From: Patescibacteria group bacterium
GTDB taxonomy: Bacteria > Patescibacteriota > Patescibacteriia > UBA9570 > JAHJKD01
Assembly (NCBI GenBank): GCA_018822435.1
Contig: JAHJKD010000021.1
Coordinates: 1 to 60,525, forward strand
DNA length: 60,525 nt
Direction: 5' to 3'
Shown here: positions 48,535-56,121 of the stretch, one piece after another
Layout of the letters: each line of letters opens with the position of its first letter
How positions within the stretch are numbered: the first letter of the stretch is position 1
Notes under the pieces: model-generated
What the model was told of the DNA's origin: nothing
Seen by the model: only the letters and a program-made list of their open reading frames with translations
The model's database searches: none
Made by a program: the position numbers and the translations under genes

Positions 48535-50127
48535 ATGAACAAAGTAGTAGTAATCGGACTTGATGGCGGAACTTTTAAATTACTGAAACCTTTAGCCGAA
48601 GAAGGCGTCATGCCGAATTTCAAGAAACTTTTAGACCAAGGCTCTTCTTCTATTTTATGGTCCACGATGCCGCCGATGACAGGCACAGCCTGGTCCAGCT
48701 TTGCCACAGGAAAAACTCCGGGGAAACACACGGTGTATGACTTTTTATTGCCGGATGAAGATCTATCACAATTTCATATTACTTCGGGAAAAGATATTAA
48801 AGGAAAGACTTTACCAGAAATAATATATGAAAATAGCAAACATCCAATTACGGTAAACATGCCTAATTCCTGGCCTCCTCGTCTAGGAAAGACCGGCGAG
48901 GTAGTAATTACTTCAATTCTGACCCAGGGCGACCAATGGATCTGGCCGGAAGGCTTGGAAAAAGAAATCCCGGAATTAAAAGATTATCAACTTACGCCAA
49001 ATGAATCACTCCGATTAAAAGGAGCAAAAGACTCTTATGCTGATGCGGTCCTTGATCTGGCAGATAAACAAATGGCTTGTGTAAAAAAATTATTCAAGCA
49101 AAAACCCTGGGACTTCTTCTTTTATTTATTTTCATCAACTGACTGGATCCAGCATGCTTCTTTTGACGAGTTAATGGAAAACAGGGCTGAGTCCCCACTT
49201 AGAATCTATAAACAAGTCGATGAATATCTCGGCTGGTTTATGGATAGCCTGCCAGAAGGGGCTGATCTGATGATCATGTCTGATCATGGCTTTAAATCAT
49301 TCAAGAAGACTTTTTTCTTCAATAAATGGCTGGAAAAAGAAGGTTACTTAAAAACCAAATCTACGGGAGATGATTTTAAGCAAGCTGTGACCCGCCGCGC
49401 TAAAGAGACTGAGAAAGTCCGGGCGAAAAAGAAAAAGTTCAGCATTGGAAAACCGATTTTTGATCTGATGGAGAAAATGCCTTGGTTAGAAAAGCCGGCC
49501 AAAAATGTTTATCATAAAGTTGTAAAAAAATACCTGCCTGTAAATGTGAAGGTTGATATCGGCATTGATTATGATCATACCAAATGTTGCTTTCCTAAAG
49601 GATCATATATGACCAATGCTTATATTAATGATACGAAGAAATTTAAAAATGGCGTGGTTAAAACTGACGAGGAATATAATCAAATTCGTGACGAAATTAT
49701 AAGGAAAATTAAAAATCTCAAAGGCCCTGACGGCGAACCGGTCGTCTCTGATGTATTTACCAAAGAACAAATTTACGGTGAAGACACGGCCACTATGTGC
49801 CCGGATCTTTTCTTTAAGCACGCGGACTATTGGCTGGACGGCCAGTTCCACACGGGAAAATTATTTGAAGAAGGCGTGGTTTCCAATAAACATGATTTTG
49901 ACGGCGTATTCATCGCCTATGGCCCCAGCTTCAAAGAAGGCCATAAGATCAAACAAAAAATCGGCATCAAGGATATTGCGCCGAATATTCTGCACCTGAT
50001 GGATGTGCCCGTACCGAAAGATATGGATGGCGTAATTATTGAAGAAATTTACAAAGAAAAAAAGCCTGTTAATTATCAGACGGAAAAAAGTGAAATCAGC
50101 GGCATGCTGGATGATATTGATATATAA
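48535..50127 (+). CDS. alkaline-phosphatase superfamily protein (type I phosphodiesterase/nucleotide pyrophosphatase-like), cytoplasmic
   Basis: 530 aa with no TM helices or signal peptide. Metal-site Asp in VIGLDGGTF, nucleophile region TMPPMTGTAWSSFATG, and MIMSDHGF. Confidence 0.75.
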   Translation: MNKVVVIGLDGGTFKLLKPLAEEGVMPNFKKLLDQGSSSILWSTMPPMTGTAWSSFATGKTPGKHTVYDFLLPDEDLSQFHITSGKDIKGKTLPEIIYENSKHPITVNMPNSWPPRLGKTGEVVITSILTQGDQWIWPEGLEKEIPELKDYQLTPNESLRLKGAKDSYADAVLDLADKQMACVKKLFKQKPWDFFFYLFSSTDWIQHASFDELMENRAESPLRIYKQVDEYLGWFMDSLPEGADLMIMSDHGFKSFKKTFFFNKWLEKEGYLKTKSTGDDFKQAVTRRAKETEKVRAKKKKFSIGKPIFDLMEKMPWLEKPAKNVYHKVVKKYLPVNVKVDIGIDYDHTKCCFPKGSYMTNAYINDTKKFKNGVVKTDEEYNQIRDEIIRKIKNLKGPDGEPVVSDVFTKEQIYGEDTATMCPDLFFKHADYWLDGQFHTGKLFEEGVVSNKHDFDGVFIAYGPSFKEGHKIKQKIGIKDIAPNILHLMDVPVPKDMDGVIIEEIYKEKKPVNYQTEKSEISGMLDDIDI

Positions 50128-50132
50128 AATTT

Positions 50133-50819
50133 ATGAAATTTGAACGGCAGGAACCTAAAGGTAAAATTGATGTGGACATTACCCAGGGTGAAAAAGTCGG
50201 ATCCGGACATTTTGGGGATGTTTATTTAGTGGAAGGAAAAATTGGCAATCATAAAAAAGAATTTGTTATAAAAAGATATAAAGATGATCTTGGCGATAGT
50301 TTTGATTCCCTCATGGATGCCAAAAAAGCTTTTAGTAATCATAGCAAGGCAAAAAAAGCCGGCTTAAAAGTTTTTCCTACGTATAGGCTAAGTGAAGACA
50401 AAAATAGCATTTTAATGACCTCAGCTGCAGGTGAGGGGAAATATTGCCTGGCTATAACAATTGATGAGATTGATCGGAGCTATGTGGATTCTAAAGGTTT
50501 TGAAAATATTAAAGAAATTCCTAACTTTGAAGAACTGGCCAATAATATTTTTAAAGGAGCCGTAAAGGCAGCTGAAAATAATATTTTTCTCTATATGGAT
50601 TCTTATTTTTTTATGACTGGTGAAAATGAAGATGTTGATTATGTAATTGGAGATCTGGATCTTGTCTATGAAATGCCGGATGTCAAATCAGAGAATTTAA
50701 ATAAAGTAAATTTAAAAGCGGCCAAAAAGGCGCTGGATCAATTCCTGGCCACTTATACGGATTGCCGTGATAAATACAAACCTGAACTGGAAGAGATATT
50801 CTCAGCTTATTTAGAATAA
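50133..50819 (+). CDS. minimal protein-kinase-like fold protein (putative small-molecule kinase)
   Basis: 228 aa. Gly-rich loop GSGHFGDVY, a VAIK-like FVIKRY, and a DFG-like IGDLD. No HRD motif is present. Confidence 0.4.
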   Translation: MKFERQEPKGKIDVDITQGEKVGSGHFGDVYLVEGKIGNHKKEFVIKRYKDDLGDSFDSLMDAKKAFSNHSKAKKAGLKVFPTYRLSEDKNSILMTSAAGEGKYCLAITIDEIDRSYVDSKGFENIKEIPNFEELANNIFKGAVKAAENNIFLYMDSYFFMTGENEDVDYVIGDLDLVYEMPDVKSENLNKVNLKAAKKALDQFLATYTDCRDKYKPELEEIFSAYLE

Positions 50820-50824
50820 TAGCT

Positions 50825-50863
50825 AAAAACTATCCTGCCCCTTCAGGGGTAGGATAGTTTTTT
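50825..50863. terminator. bidirectional rho-independent terminator (hairpin family 2, intergenic copy)
   Basis: The order is A5, CTATCCTGCCCC, loop TTCA, GGGGTAGGATAG, T6. It lies between convergent genes ending at 50819 and 50878. Confidence 0.75.
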
Positions 50864-50877
50864 ATTTACAAAATAAA

Positions 50878-51552
50878 TTATTCTGCTTTAGATAATCTCC
50901 AAGCACTTAAAACCTGCTTGATAATAAGCGGTATACTGATCAGAATGATGAAGACCAGTAAATATATTTCAATGTTGAAGATAACAGCCAGAGAAACAGC
51001 ATAAATGGTGATGTCGACCGTGCCTAAATAAATTTTTTCCGTGATATAAAATTCAGCGGTCCGCGTGGTGGGCCAGCTGGATTTTTTGGCTTCGCGCAGA
51101 TAGCCGACCATCAGCCACAGAACCATGGCCGCGGCGCCAATAACAATGCCGAAAGTAAGGTGGGTTTCCGACCACCAGAGATAAGTCATGGCCGCGAACA
51201 TGAGCATTTCTTTGATGCGGTCGGAAATAGAATCAAACCAGGCCCCGAATTTGGAAGACATGTTCTTGATACGGGCAATCTCACCATCAGAGCAATCAAG
51301 AGCAAAACCGACCTGTAAGAGAACGACACCGAATAAACGCCACCAATAATAAGGCATCATGAAAAATACGGCCGCCAGGATCGTGATCATGAAGGACAGC
51401 ATGGAAACCTGATTCGGCGTAACGCGCGGATCCAGCTTCATCAGCCAGAAAGTGAACAAACGAGAAAGACGCCGCGTGAACAGCGTGGAAAATATGCTGT
51501 CGTGCGGTTTTTGATAGGCTTTGACGTCGCTAATCTTTTGGGGTAAGTTCAT
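50878..51552 (-). CDS. CDP-alcohol phosphatidyltransferase family protein (second copy)
   Basis: 224 aa, polytopic. The signature reads DCSDGEIARIKNMSSKFGAWFDSISD. Confidence 0.85.
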   Translation of the reverse strand: MNLPQKISDVKAYQKPHDSIFSTLFTRRLSRLFTFWLMKLDPRVTPNQVSMLSFMITILAAVFFMMPYYWWRLFGVVLLQVGFALDCSDGEIARIKNMSSKFGAWFDSISDRIKEMLMFAAMTYLWWSETHLTFGIVIGAAAMVLWLMVGYLREAKKSSWPTTRTAEFYITEKIYLGTVDITIYAVSLAVIFNIEIYLLVFIILISIPLIIKQVLSAWRLSKAE

Positions 51553-53359
51553 ATATTTTTACTTCATCTACCAGGTCAAACTGGTAAGAGCCGTATTCAT
51601 TTAAATTATAATTTTTATTTAAGAAATCATTGGTGACTGCTTGGGTGCCGGAATCCTGCCAGAAATAAATTGTATAACCTTCGTCCATTAATTTGTCCAT
51701 GAACTCCCTGACCTGATCATTGTCAAACACAAACTTTTCCTGTTCCATGGGCGTGCGCACTGTTTTTAAGCCCGTATGCGTTTCCATGGTTTCAGACAAA
51801 CCATATTGCCAGCGGCCACTAAACATGAGTATTGGCGGCAGACTGTCCTGCCCCTTTAGGGGTAGGACAGTCGAGCCAGCCGGGGCAGTCGAGCCAGCAT
51901 GCTCTTGATTAATACTATCACCTATCTCAATTAAGGTTAACAGGTCATTTTGAGAAATAGCCTTGTTTTTTAACACTTCTAATTCTATATTTTCTTTTAC
52001 CTCAGAATAAGCCGGAACATAGATGACCAGAATCGATAGGACCGCCAGAGCGCCCACCAGATACGATATGCGCTTGGATTTAAATAAAGATGGAATCAGT
52101 ACCGATAAAACCCAATACAAGCCAAAAGAGCCTAATATGGCCAAGGCAGGAAAGGCCACGATCATATACCGGGAATAAGGATTGATCCACATGCTGAAGA
52201 GAGCAAGAAAGCCAAGTACCCATAATGCCAGAAAGGCGGATAAAAATTTATTCTTGCGCCAGATAAAGATAATGCCGATTATGACGAGGATCATGAAATA
52301 AGGGATCCACGACATCCGGTTGTTCATGATATCCCAATAATGCTTCAGTCCCCCGTTTTCAGTTTTGAATTTTCCGCGGCTTTCGAAAATATTTAACGGG
52401 CTTAATGAAGTGACATGATCAATATTTGATACGACTACAGATCCGGAAGTGTCTTTTTTCTTGAAGGCCTCTTTGTTTGCAGAAATATCCACGGAGTTTT
52501 TGATAGTCAGGCCAAGGGGAATAATCATGAGGATGGCAAAAACCAGGAGCAAGCGCGATATTTGCATCGTGTTTATTTTCCGGGTTTTTTGCTTGTCCCA
52601 GAACAGACCGAACAAAACAAGATAAGCGGGTAAAAATGCGACTCCGGTATGGCGGATGTTTAAGCTAAAGCCTAAACATAAAATACTTAAAATAATTAAA
52701 GCAAGTTGAAAGCGGACGTCACTACGTCCGCCACCACCGGATGATAGGCGGATTTTGTGAAATCCGCTTTCAAATTGGTAAAAAGCCAGCAAAAATAAAT
52801 AAACAGAAAGAAGTATAAAAAACAATGAAGGGATCTCACGCATAGGCTGCGAAATCGCATAGTCATAGTATAAGCTTGAGAATCCGACAGTTATGGCCGC
52901 GAGCAAGCCAAATGCCCAGCCCCATTTTTTTATTTTAAGTGCTTTGAATAAAAGCTGACAAATTAAGAAGATTAATATTAAGTTCAAGGCGGCCAAAACC
53001 GGAACAACCGAATATATAGAAAGGTCGTTTCCAGTAATAGTTGCGGTCCAGTACATAATATAAGACAGGCCAACCGGATATATTGAAGACAGCCAGCCAT
53101 CCGGAGAAATTATTTCATGATGGGTCGGGGTAAGCCAGCGGGCCAGGCGCTCGTCGCCGAAATGTTCTATCCCCTTTTGGACGAGTTCATCCTGATAAAC
53201 CAAAGGCTCGCCCTGAAGCAGGCGTCCGGCCAAATACAAATAACCCGGACTGTCATCGCCCCAGGCGCCATATGCGTGGTTCTGCCAGTAGATCCAGCCG
53301 AAGCCCAGGCCTAAAATTAAAACAAGGATAATCGTAATTATCCAGGCGTACTTTTTCAT
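51530..53359 (-). CDS. GT-C fold polytopic glycosyltransferase-like protein carrying two in-frame repeat insertions
   Basis: 609 aa with GDDSPGYLYLAG in the first loop, more than 10 TM helices and a C-terminal soluble domain. It contains twin-hairpin repeat copy 4 (52707-52772) and a family-2 hairpin (51843-51870) without any frame disruption. Confidence 0.75.
   Translation of the reverse strand: MKKYAWIITIILVLILGLGFGWIYWQNHAYGAWGDDSPGYLYLAGRLLQGEPLVYQDELVQKGIEHFGDERLARWLTPTHHEIISPDGWLSSIYPVGLSYIMYWTATITGNDLSIYSVVPVLAALNLILIFLICQLLFKALKIKKWGWAFGLLAAITVGFSSLYYDYAISQPMREIPSLFFILLSVYLFLLAFYQFESGFHKIRLSSGGGGRSDVRFQLALIILSILCLGFSLNIRHTGVAFLPAYLVLFGLFWDKQKTRKINTMQISRLLLVFAILMIIPLGLTIKNSVDISANKEAFKKKDTSGSVVVSNIDHVTSLSPLNIFESRGKFKTENGGLKHYWDIMNNRMSWIPYFMILVIIGIIFIWRKNKFLSAFLALWVLGFLALFSMWINPYSRYMIVAFPALAILGSFGLYWVLSVLIPSLFKSKRISYLVGALAVLSILVIYVPAYSEVKENIELEVLKNKAISQNDLLTLIEIGDSINQEHAGSTAPAGSTVLPLKGQDSLPPILMFSGRWQYGLSETMETHTGLKTVRTPMEQEKFVFDNDQVREFMDKLMDEGYTIYFWQDSGTQAVTNDFLNKNYNLNEYGSYQFDLVDEVKIYELTPKD
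51843..51898. repeat. hairpin family 2, intragenic copy, plus an 18-nt tandem duplication
   Basis: CTGTCCTGCCCCTTTAGGGGTAGGACAG spans 51843-51870. CAGTCGAGCCAGC is repeated at 51868-51880 and 51886-51898. On the minus strand the region is translated as AGSTAPAGSTVLPLKGQDS. Confidence 0.8.
52707..52772. repeat. twin-hairpin GC-rich repeat, copy 4, inside a CDS (66 nt, in frame)
   Basis: The left arm TGAAAGCGGACGTCACTACGTCCGCC is followed by a 14-nt spacer and the right arm GGCGGATTTTGTGAAATCCGCTTTCA. On the minus strand it is translated as ESGFHKIRLSSGGGGRSDVRFQ. Confidence 0.85.
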
Positions 53360-53385
53360 AAAAACATTATGGCAGAAAATGCTGA

Positions 53386-54879
53386 TTATTTCAAGGGATT
53401 ATGATTTATTCTTCTGATTAGGAAAATTGCCGATGCTCCAGCAAATAAAGTTAAAATAAGAGTAAAATATGTGAATTCAGGTACGCCAGGTCCGGGCGGC
53501 TCCTCATCGCTTTCATAAGGGCCGATATCATAACCGGATCCCTGCGGCCGGGCCGTACCCATAATATCTATTGTCACGGCCGCGATCGTAAGGCCATTAT
53601 CCACTCCGCTCCAGGTATTATCGCGGATAAAACGGGTGACATAAAACGTATCACTGGCGCCGACGCCGTAATCTGAAGGCGCATACCCTATTTCCGGTCG
53701 GGCCACATTAAGAGTATTTTCGTCATTATCAATGATATACCACATATGCCGGGTGTCGTCGTCCGGCACAAAGTAATATCCGCCCATCATGAACTGGTGC
53801 GCTGTCCACGGACTGCCGCTCACGTTGATGTCTGTCACGAAGTCATAGGCATTACTACCGCTTTCTGTTAGGGAGCTGACTGTTCCGGTAGCGGTTTTTA
53901 TGAAATTCGGATCATCACTATTTGTGTTTGGTCCTTTTGAACACTGGTCGAGATATATATCACCCCCATTGTTGTACCAGCTGTTGTAATCAAAGGTGCC
54001 GCAATTCGAACCTAGCAATCTTCGGAGCGCATACCCTTCAGCTCCATAAAACATATTATTGTAAAAAACCGGAGCCACCACATTATATAGGTTCAATTGG
54101 TTGGTGGTAAACATGTTGTTATAGTACAAGGGTGAACCAAATATATAGGCGGGAGGACCGCCCCATGCAAAGATACTATTAAATGCCTGTAGTGATGGAG
54201 GGTACTGACCGTCTCCGTTTGATAGACGCGACTGATAAATATTGGCAATACCACCACCGGTTGGAGTGCTTACGAGGGCCATGGGGCCGCCGGCCAGTTC
54301 TGAATTCTGCAAAGTGCCGGATGAATTCATTATTATCTGAATCCCGCTATTTGAGCCAGTGCCATTCTGGGTAGACCAAACGTCATCAAGCGTATAATTC
54401 GTACAATTACGTGAATCAATGCCATTATTGATATTTCGGTTGGCCCAGATGCGCGTGACAACCGGACACGCAGTTGCGGAAGGGCTGATCCAGATTCCTG
54501 CTTTGCCGGTTCCGGCACCGGTAACCTGTAAATCCTGAATGATTACCGCGTCACTTAGGGCATTGGCGTCAATACAATGGTCAACGGGCGAAGCGCCTGA
54601 GCAATCAATAATAGTTTGTGTCCGTCCTGCCCCGAGCAGGTCAATTTCTTTAATCAGGTTTACATCTTCAAAATATGTCCCTGCGGCGATGCTCATGCTG
54701 TCGCCGTTCGCACCCTGGCCGATTGCATAATTGATCGTACAGCACGGGCTTCCCGCGGTCTGGCAATTTCCAATATCCGCGCAACCATCATCATCAACAT
54801 AAAGATCAGCCGCCATGGCCATGCCGGCTGCTCCGAAGATTCCAAAACATAAAATTAGGAGATATCCTCCGATTTTCAT
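53386..54879 (-). CDS. secreted parallel beta-helix protein with PEF-CTERM-like sorting tail
   Basis: 497 aa. It has a signal peptide (MKIGGYLLILCFGIFGAAGMAMA), a Cys-rich N-terminal cap and Asn/Gly/Ser-rich beta-helix repeats. The sequence ends ARPQGSGYDIGPYE...PGPGVPEFTYFTLILTLFAGASAIFLIRRINHNPLK. Confidence 0.8.
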   Translation of the reverse strand: MKIGGYLLILCFGIFGAAGMAMAADLYVDDDGCADIGNCQTAGSPCCTINYAIGQGANGDSMSIAAGTYFEDVNLIKEIDLLGAGRTQTIIDCSGASPVDHCIDANALSDAVIIQDLQVTGAGTGKAGIWISPSATACPVVTRIWANRNINNGIDSRNCTNYTLDDVWSTQNGTGSNSGIQIIMNSSGTLQNSELAGGPMALVSTPTGGGIANIYQSRLSNGDGQYPPSLQAFNSIFAWGGPPAYIFGSPLYYNNMFTTNQLNLYNVVAPVFYNNMFYGAEGYALRRLLGSNCGTFDYNSWYNNGGDIYLDQCSKGPNTNSDDPNFIKTATGTVSSLTESGSNAYDFVTDINVSGSPWTAHQFMMGGYYFVPDDDTRHMWYIIDNDENTLNVARPEIGYAPSDYGVGASDTFYVTRFIRDNTWSGVDNGLTIAAVTIDIMGTARPQGSGYDIGPYESDEEPPGPGVPEFTYFTLILTLFAGASAIFLIRRINHNPLK

Positions 54880-54903
54880 TGAATTTATTATACCAAAAAT
54901 AAC

Positions 54904-56007
54904 CTAAAATGTAGAGGCAATGTCTTTGGCTACTTCTTTCCAAGTATATTTTTGGGCATATTTTTTATTATGTTCAGAAATTTCTCCAAGTTTAGGATTT
55001 TTTAAGAGTTTTTCGATTTTTTCACCCAATTCATTGACATCTCCTTCGGAAAAAAGTTCCCCACATTCAGGCGTGATTATCTTTTTAATTAGAGGAAAAT
55101 CCGTTGACACTACTGGTAATCCGCAAGCCATGTATTCAAAGATTTTAAGGGGTGAAAAGTAAAAACCATATTTTTTGAATTCCCCTTTTTCACTTAGTTT
55201 TGTGTTAAAAGGAGCCACGCCGATGCGGGCCTGGCATAAATAATTTTTCACTTCTTCAATCGGCACTTTTCCGGTTATAGTAATATTTTTTAATCTATAT
55301 TTTTGAATCAATACTTCAACCCTTTCCCGCCGTACTCCGTCTCCTATTAATAAAAATTTTATTCCTCTATAACGTCTTGCTACCTCAACCAAGTCTTCCA
55401 GACCATCCCACTCTTTAAAAGCGCCCAAATAGGCAACATCGTACTTTTTTTCCTGCTTGACCGGATAAAAATACCTAGGATCAAAGCCAGCATCAACTAA
55501 TTTCACTTTTTTCTTGTATGCCGGCTGGAAAAAAGCATTGGTGTAGGCAATAATAGCTTTGGCCCGCCTTTCCGACATGAAAGAAAAAATATGGTCAATA
55601 GTTTCCAAAACTAAGGGCCGGCCCGTTAATTTTGAGGCGATAGCTCCGACCCCGCGGGAATGGCCTCTTTCAATTATTATATCGGCTTTTTCCTGCCTGA
55701 TCAGTTTGGCAATATGCTGGGCTAAAATTGTATTCGGGATTATACGAAGCGGACGCAATAAAACACGAGCTCGTGTTTTTTTGATGGACTGAGCTGATCC
55801 AACTACAGTCCGGTTAAGACGATATATTTTTATCCCGTCAATCATTTCAACCTCTTTTTCGTTGGGATATTTCTCGGAAATAATAAAAACCTCATGCCCC
55901 ATTTTTGTAAGTTCCTTGGCAATGGAAAACGTGTGCGTGGTCGCCCCGATCGCTTCATTGAAATCAGAAGAGATGTGAACAGTGGTGGTTATGTAGAAAA
56001 TTTTCAT
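54904..56007 (-). CDS. GT4 glycosyltransferase
   Basis: The start MKIFYITTTVH at 56007 is preferred. The track start at 56031 (MMSAFKKY) is a translation of repeat copy 3. The E-x7-E-like region reads SPLKIFEYMACGLPVVSTDFP. Confidence 0.85.
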   Translation of the reverse strand: MKIFYITTTVHISSDFNEAIGATTHTFSIAKELTKMGHEVFIISEKYPNEKEVEMIDGIKIYRLNRTVVGSAQSIKKTRARVLLRPLRIIPNTILAQHIAKLIRQEKADIIIERGHSRGVGAIASKLTGRPLVLETIDHIFSFMSERRAKAIIAYTNAFFQPAYKKKVKLVDAGFDPRYFYPVKQEKKYDVAYLGAFKEWDGLEDLVEVARRYRGIKFLLIGDGVRRERVEVLIQKYRLKNITITGKVPIEEVKNYLCQARIGVAPFNTKLSEKGEFKKYGFYFSPLKIFEYMACGLPVVSTDFPLIKKIITPECGELFSEGDVNELGEKIEKLLKNPKLGEISEHNKKYAQKYTWKEVAKDIASTF

Positions 56008-56015
56008 GTATTTCT

Positions 56016-56080
56016 TGAAAGCGGACATCACATGTCCGCCAACAGTTTTTTATAGGCGGATGTAGTGACATCCGCTTTCA
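56016..56080. repeat. twin-hairpin GC-rich repeat, copy 3 (divergent intergenic region)
   Basis: The left arm is TGAAAGCGGACATCACATGTCCGCC (56016-56040). A 14-nt spacer follows, then the right arm GGCGGATGTAGTGACATCCGCTTTCA (56055-56080). Both arms are identical to those of copy 1. Confidence 0.85.
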
Positions 56081-56085
56081 TCCCA

Positions 56086-56114
56086 TTGAAAAATGTACTA
56101 TTCCTTAGTATAAT
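56086..56114 (+). promoter_or_regulatory. sigma70-like promoter candidate abutting the exosortase-family gene
   Basis: TTGAAA (56086-91), a 17-nt spacer, then TATAAT (56109-14). The ATG at 56122 is 7 nt after the -10 box. Confidence 0.4.
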
Positions 56115-56121
56115 ATATTAT

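Noticed and set aside
5496-56080. The GCGGA...TCCGC palindromic repeats as a CRISPR array
   Set aside because: The copies occur as inverted pairs at four widely separated loci. There is no regular repeat-spacer periodicity and there are no cas genes. One copy lies inside a CDS. The pattern fits REP/MITE-like elements, not CRISPR.
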